A stretch of 64,000 bases of DNA. Origin: Acetobacterium paludosum. Its GTDB lineage: Bacteria; Bacillota; Clostridia; Eubacteriales; Eubacteriaceae. Made by a program: the position numbers and the translations under genes. The notes beneath the pieces were generated by a model. The model saw nothing but the letters and a program-made list of their open reading frames with translations, was not told where the DNA came from and did no database searches. Positions 30,986-41,486 of the stretch are shown piece after piece. The DNA is taken from assembly GCF_008086595.1 (NCBI RefSeq), contig NZ_RXYA01000003.1, forward strand, positions 82,129-146,128, in the 5' to 3' direction. How positions within the stretch are numbered: position 1 is the stretch's first letter; each line of letters starts with the position of its first letter.

Positions 30986-33016
30986 TTATGAAACCTCTTT
31001 TGGCGGTTCAGTACTTGCCATCGGAACAACCGGTTCTTTTTCCAGTTCCTGTTCCATTCCCCTTATGATCGATTCTTTTATCTTTTTAGCCCGGGGGTCA
31101 TCCACTTTACCTTCCGGATTGAGTTTAACACCCAGCTTTTCACTGATCAGAAGATCAATCAGCATTTCAAAAGCGTTGAATGAGCTGTTCTGGCCTTCTT
31201 TCCCGCCCATACTCATAACGGTTTTGGGAACAATGTCGATTTTCGCCTTTTCGATTGCTGATGTGAACTTGGTCATTACATCCTGAACAACCTGATATTC
31301 CGGGCCGCCGTAAGCTTTAACCTGTTCTTCAATAGCAATGGCCTTACCAATTCCAACCCTCGCTTCTTTCTCGGCTTCCGCCTCAGCCAGGGCTTTTATT
31401 TTAGCCGCTTCCTGGAGCGAACGCTGATAATCCGCTTTACCCACATTGCTCTGAATCTGAATGTTGATATCCGACTCGGTGAGCAGTTTCTGCTGCATGG
31501 CCTTGGATTCAGCTTCTCTTAATTCCTTTTCTTTGCCGGCAGCTTTTTCCTGCTGGGTATAGGTCTCAATTTCTTCGATGGCAATCTGTCTTGACCGGAG
31601 TTGCGTTAAAATGATCTCGATCTTATCGTCAGTGGCAGATGCCGCTGGCGTCCCAATGAGAACCTCCTCTAGTTCCAGATTATAATGTTCAAATTTTGCC
31701 TTCATCTCACTGGATGAAATTCGCTGAATTTCATTTCTATCCTGAATCAGCTGAATTAAGGTTTTAGTCTGACCGATATTTTTGAAATAAGCGGATACCA
31801 TCGGATCCAATGTCTGATCCACCAGCATTTTTACATCACCAAAGCGCTGAATCACAAGCGGTGCTTTCCGATAATCAATGTGCATGACCACAGATAAAGG
31901 TAAAGACGGTTCAAAAGCATCCTTGGTAATCAGACTGACTTCTTTCAAATTTTCATCAAATTTATGAAAGCCGGTCTGGTTGCTGATCCATTTCAGAATA
32001 ATATTCGTTGTGGGAATCCACTTGATTTTTCCAGCATAGGTATTGAACGCATATTTACCAGGCATCAACGGTTCTCTCCAAACACCTCTGAACCCTTTTT
32101 CAACCAACTCGCCATGTTTATAGTCTTCGCCGGTTGAGTCCACACCTTTTGGGCCAATATAGGATACGACCACTCCGACATAACCAACATCGATAATCGT
32201 TTTATCGATTAATTCTACGGTTGCAAAAAATCGATTGATAAAGTAGGTGCCTTCCACCAGAACCTGATACTGCCGTCCTCTAAAGCCTCCAGCTTTAAGG
32301 AATTTTTCCGGATCCTGAAAATTGTTATGATATATTTCCGGATGGGCAGGATCGTTGCCAACCGCCGGAGCGATAATGTCATCCATTGTTAAAGAAAGGC
32401 CATCATGGATCGTCACAATCCCCACCTTGTCATCTGTGCCTTTTATGACAATGGGAGTAAAACCATTTCGGTCTTTTAACAAAGCTGCCATATTCATAAT
32501 GGTCGCTTCTTCAGCCTTTGTACCCATGGACTGATAATAGATCTTATCCTCGGTGATGATAATAAACTGGGCCAGATTAAAGGCATAAGTTCCTTCTCTG
32601 ATGATTCCTCGCTGGGGACCCCTTTGTCCGCCGTTAAGCAAAAAACCTCGGGCATCCTGAAAATTGTTGCATTCGGGAATGATTTTAGCCAATGTCTGGA
32701 TGGGCTCCAGCGGCTGCCCGTCTCTGGCAAATACATATGCAATCTGTCCCTGGGGAACGGTAACCAGGGGAGAAATATGTACCTTATACATCAACGGTGT
32801 CAAAAAATGAATTCCCCCTCGAATGACCTGGGGCTGATAACCCGCTTCGCCATTCAAAGCAATGATCTGCATATCAAGAGAACCTTTCCGTGACCACCAT
32901 TTCTCGATGACGGCAATTTTATTGTTTGAAACGATCCGCAATCCGATCAGCCATAAGAAAAGAACAATGCCGATTAATATTAACAGAATAATCACGAACA
33001 TGGAAAACAACTGCAT
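30986..33016 (-). CDS. Flotillin-like SPFH/band-7 domain membrane protein
   Basis: ~676 aa; N-terminal TM helix, SPFH domain, then a long Ala/Glu/Lys-rich coiled-coil (EAEAEKEARVGIGKA...), flotillin-like. Confidence 0.8.
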   Translation of the reverse strand: MQLFSMFVIILLILIGIVLFLWLIGLRIVSNNKIAVIEKWWSRKGSLDMQIIALNGEAGYQPQVIRGGIHFLTPLMYKVHISPLVTVPQGQIAYVFARDGQPLEPIQTLAKIIPECNNFQDARGFLLNGGQRGPQRGIIREGTYAFNLAQFIIITEDKIYYQSMGTKAEEATIMNMAALLKDRNGFTPIVIKGTDDKVGIVTIHDGLSLTMDDIIAPAVGNDPAHPEIYHNNFQDPEKFLKAGGFRGRQYQVLVEGTYFINRFFATVELIDKTIIDVGYVGVVVSYIGPKGVDSTGEDYKHGELVEKGFRGVWREPLMPGKYAFNTYAGKIKWIPTTNIILKWISNQTGFHKFDENLKEVSLITKDAFEPSLPLSVVMHIDYRKAPLVIQRFGDVKMLVDQTLDPMVSAYFKNIGQTKTLIQLIQDRNEIQRISSSEMKAKFEHYNLELEEVLIGTPAASATDDKIEIILTQLRSRQIAIEEIETYTQQEKAAGKEKELREAESKAMQQKLLTESDINIQIQSNVGKADYQRSLQEAAKIKALAEAEAEKEARVGIGKAIAIEEQVKAYGGPEYQVVQDVMTKFTSAIEKAKIDIVPKTVMSMGGKEGQNSSFNAFEMLIDLLISEKLGVKLNPEGKVDDPRAKKIKESIIRGMEQELEKEPVVPMASTEPPKEVS

Positions 33017-33102
33017 CTCTTTCACCTCATTTCATTTAAGCGTTTCTGATAACTTACCCTGAAACAAATCGATTAAACAGGTGAATAGCGATTATTAACA
33101 AT

Positions 33103-34965
33103 TTATTTTGCAGTTGCCATGAAAACAATTGTTTCAACAAAAGCGTTGACTAAATTCGGATCAAATTGAATTCCCGCATTTTTTCTGATTTCTTCAAGAG
33201 CTTCTTTTTTTGATAATGCATTTCGATAGCTTCGATCACTGATCATGGCATTATAAGCATCTGCAATATTCAAAATTCTTGATTCAAAAGGTATTTCTTC
33301 ACCTTTCAACCCTTTTGGATATCCTTCTCCATTCCACTTTTCATGATGATCCAATACATATTCTGCAATATCAGACAGCTCTTTAACTGTACTCAAAATT
33401 CGATACCCGATCTCTGAATGACGAATTATTTCTTTCCATTCGTCCTCCGTCAGTTTACCGGGTTTATTGAATATGGTTTCATCAATGGCTATTTTTCCGA
33501 TGTCATGTAACAGTCCCGCTGTTTTAAGTTCATCTATTTTATTTTCAGGCAGACCGAGAACCGCTCCTATGTTTTGGCATAACTTCGCGACCCCTTTGGA
33601 ATGTTCTTCTTCTCGCTGGTCTTTTATATAGAGATTTTTTATAATTGCATTAACCGTTTTACTCCGCATATCCGGACTTTCAAAAAGTTTGTGATGATAC
33701 ATCTGCTCATCCGCTTTTTTGATGACGGCTTTCATTGAGTCGGTTTCATCGATTTTTGTATCAATTCCAAAAGAAATCGATACGTTTAAATTTCCGACTT
33801 TTTTTTGGGAAGCGATATTCTGAATCCGGCTGACTATTTTCTCTGCCTTTGAAGCATCCGTTTTTGGAAGCAGAATAATAAATTCATCACCACCGATTCG
33901 GCAGATAATCTCATCTTCCCGGCATCCATTTTTAATTGCCTCGACACTTTTTTTAATTAATTCATCACCCATCCCATGTCCAAATGAATCGTTGATCAGC
34001 TTAAGTCCATTGATATCTCCCAAAATAATGGTCAGTGGCCAGTTTCTTCTGGTATCCAGTCTTTTCAACTCTTCTTCGAAAAATCTGCGATTATAAAGCC
34101 CCGTCAGCTGATCATGGAGACTCAAGTACTTGATTTCATCTTGTCTTTGTTTCTTTTCAGTGACGTCTCTGAAAACTAAAACCATCCCATTGATATGTCC
34201 CAATCTGTCTCTGATTGGCGAAACGCTGTCTTCAATCATTATTTCGGTATTATTCCGGGATATCAAAATGACAGAATCAATCGTATCAATCGTATCCGTT
34301 GAATAATCCGATGAAACTAGTGCATTAAATGAATAGTCGCATTTTTTTCTGGTAAATTCGTTAATGGCATTAAATACGGTCTCTATTGGTTTCCCAACTG
34401 CTTCCGCCCGAGTCCAGCCGGTTAGTTCTTCTGCGACACGATTGATAATTTGCACATGACCACGTTTATCGGTGGAAATAACCCCATCCCCAACGGATAA
34501 TAAAGTTGTCTTGAACTGTTCTTTTTTGGCAAATAGAAGTTGTTCCACATCCTTGCGATTTGCAATTTCCATTTTTAGCGTTTCAACCCGTTTAAACTGA
34601 TTTGTCGTGTCAAAGATCTGAATAAGGATATATTTTTGCTTCCCCATAAAAATTGCATCGATCTGGAGATTCTGTTTTATAATTGATCCTTCCATCGTGT
34701 TTGCCGGATAGACAAAAACAGGATGCAAGCCGCCTGAACAAAACATGCTTTGACCCATTTTAAAAGCCTTCTGGAATAGTTGAAGATAGTAATTTTTTTT
34801 GAATGCCGGAATAATTTCTTTAACATTTTTCCCAATCACCTGGTCTTTTAAAATCCCGGTGTATTGTTCCAGCCATTCATTCCAATGTGATATTAAAAGC
34901 TCTTCATCAAAGATAATGATTCCTGAATTAATCTTTTTCAGAATATTTTTGCATAAGCTATCCAT
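33103..34965 (-). CDS. PAS/PAS-GGDEF-HD-GYP signalling protein (diguanylate cyclase fused to an HD-GYP phosphodiesterase)
   Basis: 620 aa; GGDEF motif (RIGGDEFIILL); HD motif LLHDIGKIAI and HHEKWNGEGYP. Confidence 0.8.
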   Translation of the reverse strand: MDSLCKNILKKINSGIIIFDEELLISHWNEWLEQYTGILKDQVIGKNVKEIIPAFKKNYYLQLFQKAFKMGQSMFCSGGLHPVFVYPANTMEGSIIKQNLQIDAIFMGKQKYILIQIFDTTNQFKRVETLKMEIANRKDVEQLLFAKKEQFKTTLLSVGDGVISTDKRGHVQIINRVAEELTGWTRAEAVGKPIETVFNAINEFTRKKCDYSFNALVSSDYSTDTIDTIDSVILISRNNTEIMIEDSVSPIRDRLGHINGMVLVFRDVTEKKQRQDEIKYLSLHDQLTGLYNRRFFEEELKRLDTRRNWPLTIILGDINGLKLINDSFGHGMGDELIKKSVEAIKNGCREDEIICRIGGDEFIILLPKTDASKAEKIVSRIQNIASQKKVGNLNVSISFGIDTKIDETDSMKAVIKKADEQMYHHKLFESPDMRSKTVNAIIKNLYIKDQREEEHSKGVAKLCQNIGAVLGLPENKIDELKTAGLLHDIGKIAIDETIFNKPGKLTEDEWKEIIRHSEIGYRILSTVKELSDIAEYVLDHHEKWNGEGYPKGLKGEEIPFESRILNIADAYNAMISDRSYRNALSKKEALEEIRKNAGIQFDPNLVNAFVETIVFMATAK

Positions 34966-35593
34966 CGATATCCACCAATACTTCGTCTATTTTCTTAATC
35001 AATTCAATGGTCGAAGACATATTGAAAACCATCACAATCGCTCCATCCAATTGAGTATCTTCAAATGAAAAGGTATTGCAGATAACCATCACATGGGTTT
35101 CTTTATTAAAAAGAATCGCCTCTTCCTCCTCTGGGAAAAAGCAAACCTGCACTTTTGGAAATGTATATTCCAGTTTCAAATCCAATAAATTTCCAATTCC
35201 TCCAAGTACGGAATTCAGAATGACATTTCCGATTTCTCGGATCACATCAAAATCGACATCTGTAAGTTCACCGTCATCAACCGCTTCATAATCTTCACCC
35301 AAACATAAATGCGCCAGCACCTGTGCTTTGTCCTTTGGAAACAGCAATCTTGCATTGCCTGAAAATCTTTTTCCAAATTCAATGATTGAAGATACCACAT
35401 GACTGTTAAAAAGTGTCGGTCTCACTTCAGAATATCTTAAAAGATCTTCTGGCTGTTCCAGATTTAATAACATGATCTGTGGCAATGTCAAAATAATTTT
35501 TTTATCAACAATTTCCGACAAAAGGCTGGATGCCTGGCCGATAAACATATTCATATATTCTTTTAAAGCATCTTCCTGTTGTAAATTTAACAC
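34958..35593 (-). CDS. CheC/CheX-like chemotaxis phosphatase-family protein (tentative)
   Basis: 211 aa; N-terminal motif EYMNMFIGQASSLLSEIV resembles the CheC consensus; overlaps the flanking genes in an operon with a CheY-like receiver. Confidence 0.4.
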   Translation of the reverse strand: MLNLQQEDALKEYMNMFIGQASSLLSEIVDKKIILTLPQIMLLNLEQPEDLLRYSEVRPTLFNSHVVSSIIEFGKRFSGNARLLFPKDKAQVLAHLCLGEDYEAVDDGELTDVDFDVIREIGNVILNSVLGGIGNLLDLKLEYTFPKVQVCFFPEEEEAILFNKETHVMVICNTFSFEDTQLDGAIVMVFNMSSTIELIKKIDEVLVDIDG

Positions 35594-35958
35594 ACCAGTC
35601 CTCCTGTTATAATTTCGGCTAGTTCTTTTGCTTTTTCTGAAGAAAACGGTTTGTTAATAAACTGCAAAGCCCCCAGTTCAAAAACTTCATCCTTCATCTT
35701 CTGCTGTACGTCTGCCGAAACAACAAAAACTTTTGTCTGAATTCCTTCTTTCTTTAAAAGTTTCAGAAATTCAATGCCATCCATTTTCGGCATCAATAGA
35801 TCGAGAGTAATAAAATCGGGTTGTTCTTTCAGGCAAGCCTCGTATCCTTCAAGCCCATCGGAGCAAACATAATAGTCTGCTTCCGGTAAATATTCTTTTA
35901 AATACTTCACGATTATTTTTTTATAAAGCATTGAATCCTCAATAACTAATATTTTCAT
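35587..35958 (-). CDS. Single-domain response regulator (CheY-like)
   Basis: 123 aa; receiver motifs (DDS..., LDLLMPKMDG, K near the C-terminus). Confidence 0.85.
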   Translation of the reverse strand: MKILVIEDSMLYKKIIVKYLKEYLPEADYYVCSDGLEGYEACLKEQPDFITLDLLMPKMDGIEFLKLLKKEGIQTKVFVVSADVQQKMKDEVFELGALQFINKPFSSEKAKELAEIITGGLVC

Positions 35959-36196
35959 TTCAGTCTCCTTAAAGCCAGGTTATTTTAAGTAAATATTGTT
36001 CATATCGTCATTCTTATACGCGCAGCTCATTTTTTTATGATTACAATATGTATATATTAACATTTTCGTCTTTTCATTTCCATAAAAAATTAAATTCAAA
36101 TATAAAAAAACCTGCTACTTACGCAACAGGCTCAGCCAATATCATATTTGGACTCATTCATTTACTTCCAATTCCAAACTTTTCGAAGTTAAGAAG

Positions 36197-37183
36197 TTAA
36201 GAAGTTAAAATGGACTCTATCTGATTTTCCATTCTCTTATAATACCAATTCTGACTCTCATTATAGAACCATTCCACATCATCACTCACGCACTTTTCAT
36301 GCTCTCGCTTTAATTGCAGTGTTGTGCCGTTTACGAAATACTTTTTCTGGATGGGGTTGCCGCAGACCATTCCAAATTCTTCCAGGAATTGCTTCCAATG
36401 CTCCGTTTCGATCAATAATCGGTTCGTTTCAAAAGCATTTATAACATAATCAACATCGATTATCATACATGGGAAAGCTAATATGATTGTTACCCTTTTT
36501 TCATTCTCCATAAGATAAATAGCTCCCGGAATTCTTGTCTGGATGTTGTGCGAAGGAAGATAAAAATAAAGATTTCCGATGATTGTGCCCTTAATTATCA
36601 CATTTCTTTTTTTCATCGATGCGCAACATAAATTCATGAATTTTATATGATCCTTCACGGGTTTTCTAAATTGCGCCGTATTATTTTGGCTGCACATCCA
36701 TTGCTCTCCATCCGCAACTTCACAGTCAGCGATCAGATAAAAGTCACCATCTGGGATGGATCTGGTATTTTGATACAGAACAAACTTTCGAATTTCTTCT
36801 TCTAATTCTTCATCGGTTACCGCTGCACTCATCTCTGTATTATCCGCTATCATTCCGCTATCTTCAGAAGATTTTAGATAGACCCATGCATCAGCCAGAT
36901 CATTGTCGATTCTCACCTTTCGCTTCTCGCGCTCATAAAAAGGAACTTCCTCCCATTTATCAGCTATCCACATTTCATGGGGATATAATTCCAGCACAAA
37001 TCCTTTTGTAATCGCGTTTTCTTCTTCGGAAATGGAAAAGAATCCATCCGCTCCGCAAAATACCCGATACCCTTCCAATGTGGCTGTCTTCATATTGACT
37101 GGTCTTTTGAAAAACGCCTCTTGTATCGTTAAATCGCGAAAAGTGCCATAGGTAAATAACAGCTCCATTTTTTCAGCACCCAT
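36197..37183 (-). CDS. Two-domain protein with an N-terminal gamma-glutamyl cyclotransferase (GGCT/AIG2)-like domain; C-terminal domain unknown
   Basis: 328 aa; N-terminal LLFTYGTFRD...GYRV matches the GGCT-like fold signature (YGTL/YGSNxxxxR). Confidence 0.45.
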   Translation of the reverse strand: MGAEKMELLFTYGTFRDLTIQEAFFKRPVNMKTATLEGYRVFCGADGFFSISEEENAITKGFVLELYPHEMWIADKWEEVPFYEREKRKVRIDNDLADAWVYLKSSEDSGMIADNTEMSAAVTDEELEEEIRKFVLYQNTRSIPDGDFYLIADCEVADGEQWMCSQNNTAQFRKPVKDHIKFMNLCCASMKKRNVIIKGTIIGNLYFYLPSHNIQTRIPGAIYLMENEKRVTIILAFPCMIIDVDYVINAFETNRLLIETEHWKQFLEEFGMVCGNPIQKKYFVNGTTLQLKREHEKCVSDDVEWFYNESQNWYYKRMENQIESILTS

Positions 37184-37920
37184 TATTTTTCATCCTTTTT
37201 ATTTTTAAACTCCACTGCTTTATCAACAAATGCACGAAACAATTTCGCCCATTCTCTATTCTTCTCCAGTAATTTTTCAGGATGCCACTGCACGCCCAAA
37301 ACAAATTCATGCTGAACGGATTCCACCGCTTCAATGATCCCATCTCGTGTTCGTCCAGTCACGATATACCCATCTGGAATTTGCTTAATCGACTGATGAT
37401 GAACGGAATTCGTCATGACCGAATCCTTTTGAAGGATCTCAAAAAGCTTTGTTTTCTTTTGCAGTTCCACCGAATGGGTGTCTGTACAAAATGAGCATTC
37501 CTGAAAATGTTTGATCCGCATTGTTCGATCAATACAGGTGTCGATATCCTGATATAATGTACCGCCACCTGCAATCACAATCGCCTGCAGCCCTCTGCAG
37601 ATTCCTAAAATCGGCATATTATTTTCCAATGCTTTCTTAATCAAAACAAGTTCAAAAGCATCTCTTTCCGGTGTCATCTCAACCATTAGTCGAAATCCTT
37701 CGATTGGTTCTTCCCCATAATAAAGCGGCAATATATCCTGTCCGCCGCTAATCAAAATACCATCCAGCATGGAAAGATATTCGTCATAAAAAGGAAAACA
37801 TTCCAGCGCTGGAATGATCACCGGAATACCACCTCCAGCCACTACCGCATCTGCATATTCTTTCAAAAGTTCCATTTTATCATCTACTTGCGTGGATGTA
37901 ATTCCAATCAAGGCTTTCAT
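37183..37920 (-). CDS. Class I glutamine amidotransferase-like gamma-glutamyl hydrolase (peptidase C26, PuuD-like)
   Basis: 245 aa; catalytic Cys in GICRGLQ; HH and E triad context (VQWHPE). Confidence 0.75.
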   Translation of the reverse strand: MKALIGITSTQVDDKMELLKEYADAVVAGGGIPVIIPALECFPFYDEYLSMLDGILISGGQDILPLYYGEEPIEGFRLMVEMTPERDAFELVLIKKALENNMPILGICRGLQAIVIAGGGTLYQDIDTCIDRTMRIKHFQECSFCTDTHSVELQKKTKLFEILQKDSVMTNSVHHQSIKQIPDGYIVTGRTRDGIIEAVESVQHEFVLGVQWHPEKLLEKNREWAKLFRAFVDKAVEFKNKKDEK

Positions 37921-37947
37921 AATCCCTCACTCCTTATTCTAGCTCTT

Positions 37948-39885
37948 TTACAGTCTGTTTACATTAACTTTTGTCTCATAATAAGGAGTTCCGTTTCCTA
38001 CTTTTGTTACAAGACCTCGGGTCAGTACATTCACATTGCGGCCAACCTGTCCCCATCCTCCTCGATAAATCACAACCAGATCTTCCCTTTGGTCGGGAAC
38101 AAAACAAGCCGTGCACCGAATACTTCCAAACTGATTTTCTACTAGACATTCTTTTCCGTTTACTAAGCCAAGTGCTAATCCTATTTTATCATTAATTTTA
38201 ACCTCTAAAAGTTCAGTCTGACTTTCCAGGGTAACTTCAGAGCAAATCCATTTTTTGGGTGCCACCGACATCAGTTGAAACTGATATTGCAAATCCCATT
38301 TGGCCGGATGCTCAAAGACTGTCATCAGCTGAAACTTTCCTGATTCAGTCGGAAATATCCGATCAAGATAAGGTACTTCCGGTGCATCAGGATTATTGAC
38401 CCCTAATCGGAATATTTCTTCCAGTGAAACGCCTTTTTCCAATGACGGCCGCATGATAATTTCCAGCCAGTTCTCTAATGATTTGACATAGGTATCGGCA
38501 AAATCAAACCGACTTCCCAATTCCATAAAGATTTCAAAATCAGATTTACATTCCCCTACCGGAGCAATAACCGGATTCAGCGGGCCGATGAAATCATGCC
38601 CATATGAAGCTATGATGTCCTTTTCTTCTAAGAAGGTGGTAACCGGCAAGAAAATATCCGCCAGAATTCCGGTATCATCCAGAAAATGTCCGGCAACCAC
38701 AAGAAAAGGTATCTTTTCAAAGGCCTTTTTTGTTACATTTGCATCCGGGACCATCGAAACGGGATTTCCTGCGGTTATAAATGCCAGCTCGATTGCCGGG
38801 TCAGCAGCTAAAAGCTCCGGCCCGATTAATTGCATAAAAAACTTTCGTCTTCCCGGTTGAAGTTCGTCTCCCCACACACTCCAGTCATAGGGAGCATATT
38901 CCTCAAATCCCTGACTGACACCACCGCCGGGAATTCCGATAGAACCAGCCACGGCTCCCAGTGCATCGATGGCGCGTAAGGTTGTATGGGCATATTCCCA
39001 TCGATGCAACCCCCATCCCAGTACAAAAGCAGTTGGTTTTTGTTTAAGTAAAACATCGGCTATTTTCTTGATTTCCGCTATCTTAACATCACACATCGCT
39101 GCATATTCTTCTATGGTATGTGAATAAACTAATTTTCGATATTCCGCATAATTGATACAATGCTTTTCTAAAAATTCGCTATCTTCTGCTCCAGCCTCGT
39201 GTAATAATCGCGACAAAGCCATCGCTAAATAAGAATCGGTACCGGGCTTCGGCTTCACATGCATGGAGCACAATGGCGCCGTCTCGGTATTAACCGGGTC
39301 AATTAATATAACCACTCCGCCTTTTTTTTTGATATCCTTTATATAAGGAAGAACATTAATGCCTGTTGCTGCCGGATTTCTGCCCCACAAGATCATTGAA
39401 TGACTATTTCGATAGTCTCTGACATCATGTGAGATCCTGTTTCCAAAATCCAGATCTTGAGAGCCCTGCCCTGCCCCACCACAGATTGTTCCCTTGGTAA
39501 TCGTGGTATTTCCAAGCAAATTAAAAAATCGGCGGTTTACCAGTTTCAGCGCAGATCTTTCTCCAAATCCCTGATAGTACAAAATGGCTTCCGGCGACTT
39601 CTCCCGACAGATTGTCTTCATTCTTTCGGCGATCTCATCAAGGGCTTCTTCCCAGGATATCTGTTCGAATTGACCGTTCACTTTCTTGAGCGGATGAAGG
39701 ACACGCTCCTTATGGTACACGCGCTCGATAAAATGCGAGCATTTTATGCAGGATTTTCCCTGATTAATGGGATTATCTTTATTTCCAACCAGTTTCACAA
39801 TTTTCCCATCTTTTACATGAGCTAATAATCCACAAGAATTGGGACAATCTCTCGTACATGTTGTAACTACTGTGCTTTCTCCCAT
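37948..39885 (-). CDS. Molybdopterin-dependent oxidoreductase (Mo/W-bis-PGD family catalytic subunit)
   Basis: 645 aa; N-terminal 4Fe-4S motif CTRDCPNSCGL...C; molybdopterin oxidoreductase fold throughout. Confidence 0.8.
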   Translation of the reverse strand: MGESTVVTTCTRDCPNSCGLLAHVKDGKIVKLVGNKDNPINQGKSCIKCSHFIERVYHKERVLHPLKKVNGQFEQISWEEALDEIAERMKTICREKSPEAILYYQGFGERSALKLVNRRFFNLLGNTTITKGTICGGAGQGSQDLDFGNRISHDVRDYRNSHSMILWGRNPAATGINVLPYIKDIKKKGGVVILIDPVNTETAPLCSMHVKPKPGTDSYLAMALSRLLHEAGAEDSEFLEKHCINYAEYRKLVYSHTIEEYAAMCDVKIAEIKKIADVLLKQKPTAFVLGWGLHRWEYAHTTLRAIDALGAVAGSIGIPGGGVSQGFEEYAPYDWSVWGDELQPGRRKFFMQLIGPELLAADPAIELAFITAGNPVSMVPDANVTKKAFEKIPFLVVAGHFLDDTGILADIFLPVTTFLEEKDIIASYGHDFIGPLNPVIAPVGECKSDFEIFMELGSRFDFADTYVKSLENWLEIIMRPSLEKGVSLEEIFRLGVNNPDAPEVPYLDRIFPTESGKFQLMTVFEHPAKWDLQYQFQLMSVAPKKWICSEVTLESQTELLEVKINDKIGLALGLVNGKECLVENQFGSIRCTACFVPDQREDLVVIYRGGWGQVGRNVNVLTRGLVTKVGNGTPYYETKVNVNRL

Positions 39886-39913
39886 AAATGATACTCCTTC
39901 CCGTCCAATTAAG

Positions 39914-40831
39914 TCATTTTAATGCCAAACAGCCACCCTGACACTGTCTTCCAAATTTGTCACAAGCCCCACACCGTTCCTGGGCTGTTTTTGTTCGAAT
40001 TGCTCCCACCTGCTTATTAAAATAAGTCAAAACTTCCAGTTCTCCATTATACTCGGTAATATTTGATAAATTGACTTCCTGCATCGGTATACAATAGGTG
40101 GCGGATAAATCTGTTTGGATATCAATCGATGGATGGCAAACTCCTGAAAATTTCATTGAGATATTCCGCATATACTCGAGTGCTTCTTCGGTAAAGTAAC
40201 ACAACGGAATACAACAATCCAGTCCAGTATGAATGTTTTGTCTTTCGCAGGCTTTTACAAATTCTAAAATCTGCTTTACTAAAACTTTGGAGTCTTCTAA
40301 ATTAAAATAATTATTAGCTTCCAAGGGATTCGGTCGCGAAATGTCATATCGTATGTTGGTAATCCCATATTGTGCTGCCGCTTCAAGAATGTAAGCATAG
40401 CTGATTTTTCCTTTTGAGAAGTTTTTGGAAAAAGATACTCGTGCATCCAGTTCTTTTAGCCCCTCTATATTTTCTTGCAGCCGATCCCATTGTTTTTTCG
40501 TATACATCGATGGATCATTATAATTAATTACAAAATTCACCACCAACTCTGCCAGCGGTTCCTGGAGATCTTTTTCAAACAATCCATTGGTAAACAGCAC
40601 TGGCGCAACACCGCATTCGTTTAGTTGTTCCAGCATCCGAACCAATCCCGGATGAGTGGTCGGTTCACCGCCTAGAATGCCAATCGTTGCAACCTTGTGT
40701 TTTTCTAACCATAAACATAATTTTTCGAAATCTTTGGCTTCCATAAGCATCGGATATTTCTTCCCAAATCCATGAATAAAGCAATAGTCACAATTAAAAT
40801 TACATTGGTACGTAATAAATAAATTCAGCAT
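39914..40831 (-). CDS. Radical SAM protein with a C-terminal SPASM/twitch-like Cys-rich domain (maturase-type)
   Basis: Start at the ATG with RBS AAGGTGG; CNFNCDYC rSAM motif; C-terminal CCIPLC...C...CGACDKFGRQCQGGC. Confidence 0.75.
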   Translation of the reverse strand: MLNLFITYQCNFNCDYCFIHGFGKKYPMLMEAKDFEKLCLWLEKHKVATIGILGGEPTTHPGLVRMLEQLNECGVAPVLFTNGLFEKDLQEPLAELVVNFVINYNDPSMYTKKQWDRLQENIEGLKELDARVSFSKNFSKGKISYAYILEAAAQYGITNIRYDISRPNPLEANNYFNLEDSKVLVKQILEFVKACERQNIHTGLDCCIPLCYFTEEALEYMRNISMKFSGVCHPSIDIQTDLSATYCIPMQEVNLSNITEYNGELEVLTYFNKQVGAIRTKTAQERCGACDKFGRQCQGGCLALK

Positions 40832-40924
40832 GTAAAACCCACCTTTTATTATACACATAAGAGGCTATCCTAAATATGCTATTTAGAACAACCTCATCAT
40901 GCACTATTTTAATATAAAACTATT

Positions 40925-41440
40925 TTACCACCAGCTTGCCAGCAGCATATATCCTGGTATCCAACAGGTCCCGATTGCGACTAACAAAGTAGCCATTGGA
41001 ACGACATTCGAATTAAGCTTGATTTTCGGAAATGCTCCGGCAATCCAGTAGATTCCCCATAGCGCACCCCATAATAACCAAATCACCCCAAATCTGGAAT
41101 CTCCCCCGCTAAAAGCGAGGTAAGAAGATGGGATGGTATTGACTGCGACAAAGAAGCAATACCAAGCCTGAGGTCTTCCGTCCAGATTGAATAAATTGGT
41201 ACATCCGACAAACAGATACGTAAAACCAAATAACATACTTGTGCCAACGCCGTAAAAAGCGCTAATGTCCTGACCGGTAAATACCGCATGACTTAAATTA
41301 ATAATGTTAATAACGACGTATAAACCACCTGTAAAAAAATTCATTACTGCCAGTGCTTTTGAATCAAATTTTTGATACATTCCAATACCGTTAATTAATA
41401 AAACACACCCTACATAAAGTAGACCAATTCCTGTAGCCAT
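40925..41440 (-). CDS. AmiS/UreI-family channel (putative amide/urea transporter)
   Basis: 171 aa from the ATG with RBS GGAGGA; 6 TM helices; N-terminus GIGLLYVGCVLLINGI is typical of UreI/AmiS. Confidence 0.7.
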   Translation of the reverse strand: MATGIGLLYVGCVLLINGIGMYQKFDSKALAVMNFFTGGLYVVINIINLSHAVFTGQDISAFYGVGTSMLFGFTYLFVGCTNLFNLDGRPQAWYCFFVAVNTIPSSYLAFSGGDSRFGVIWLLWGALWGIYWIAGAFPKIKLNSNVVPMATLLVAIGTCWIPGYMLLASWW

Positions 41441-41486
41441 AATTTTTCCTCCTTTAAAGTTGTCTGAGTTTCTCACTCAACTATTT

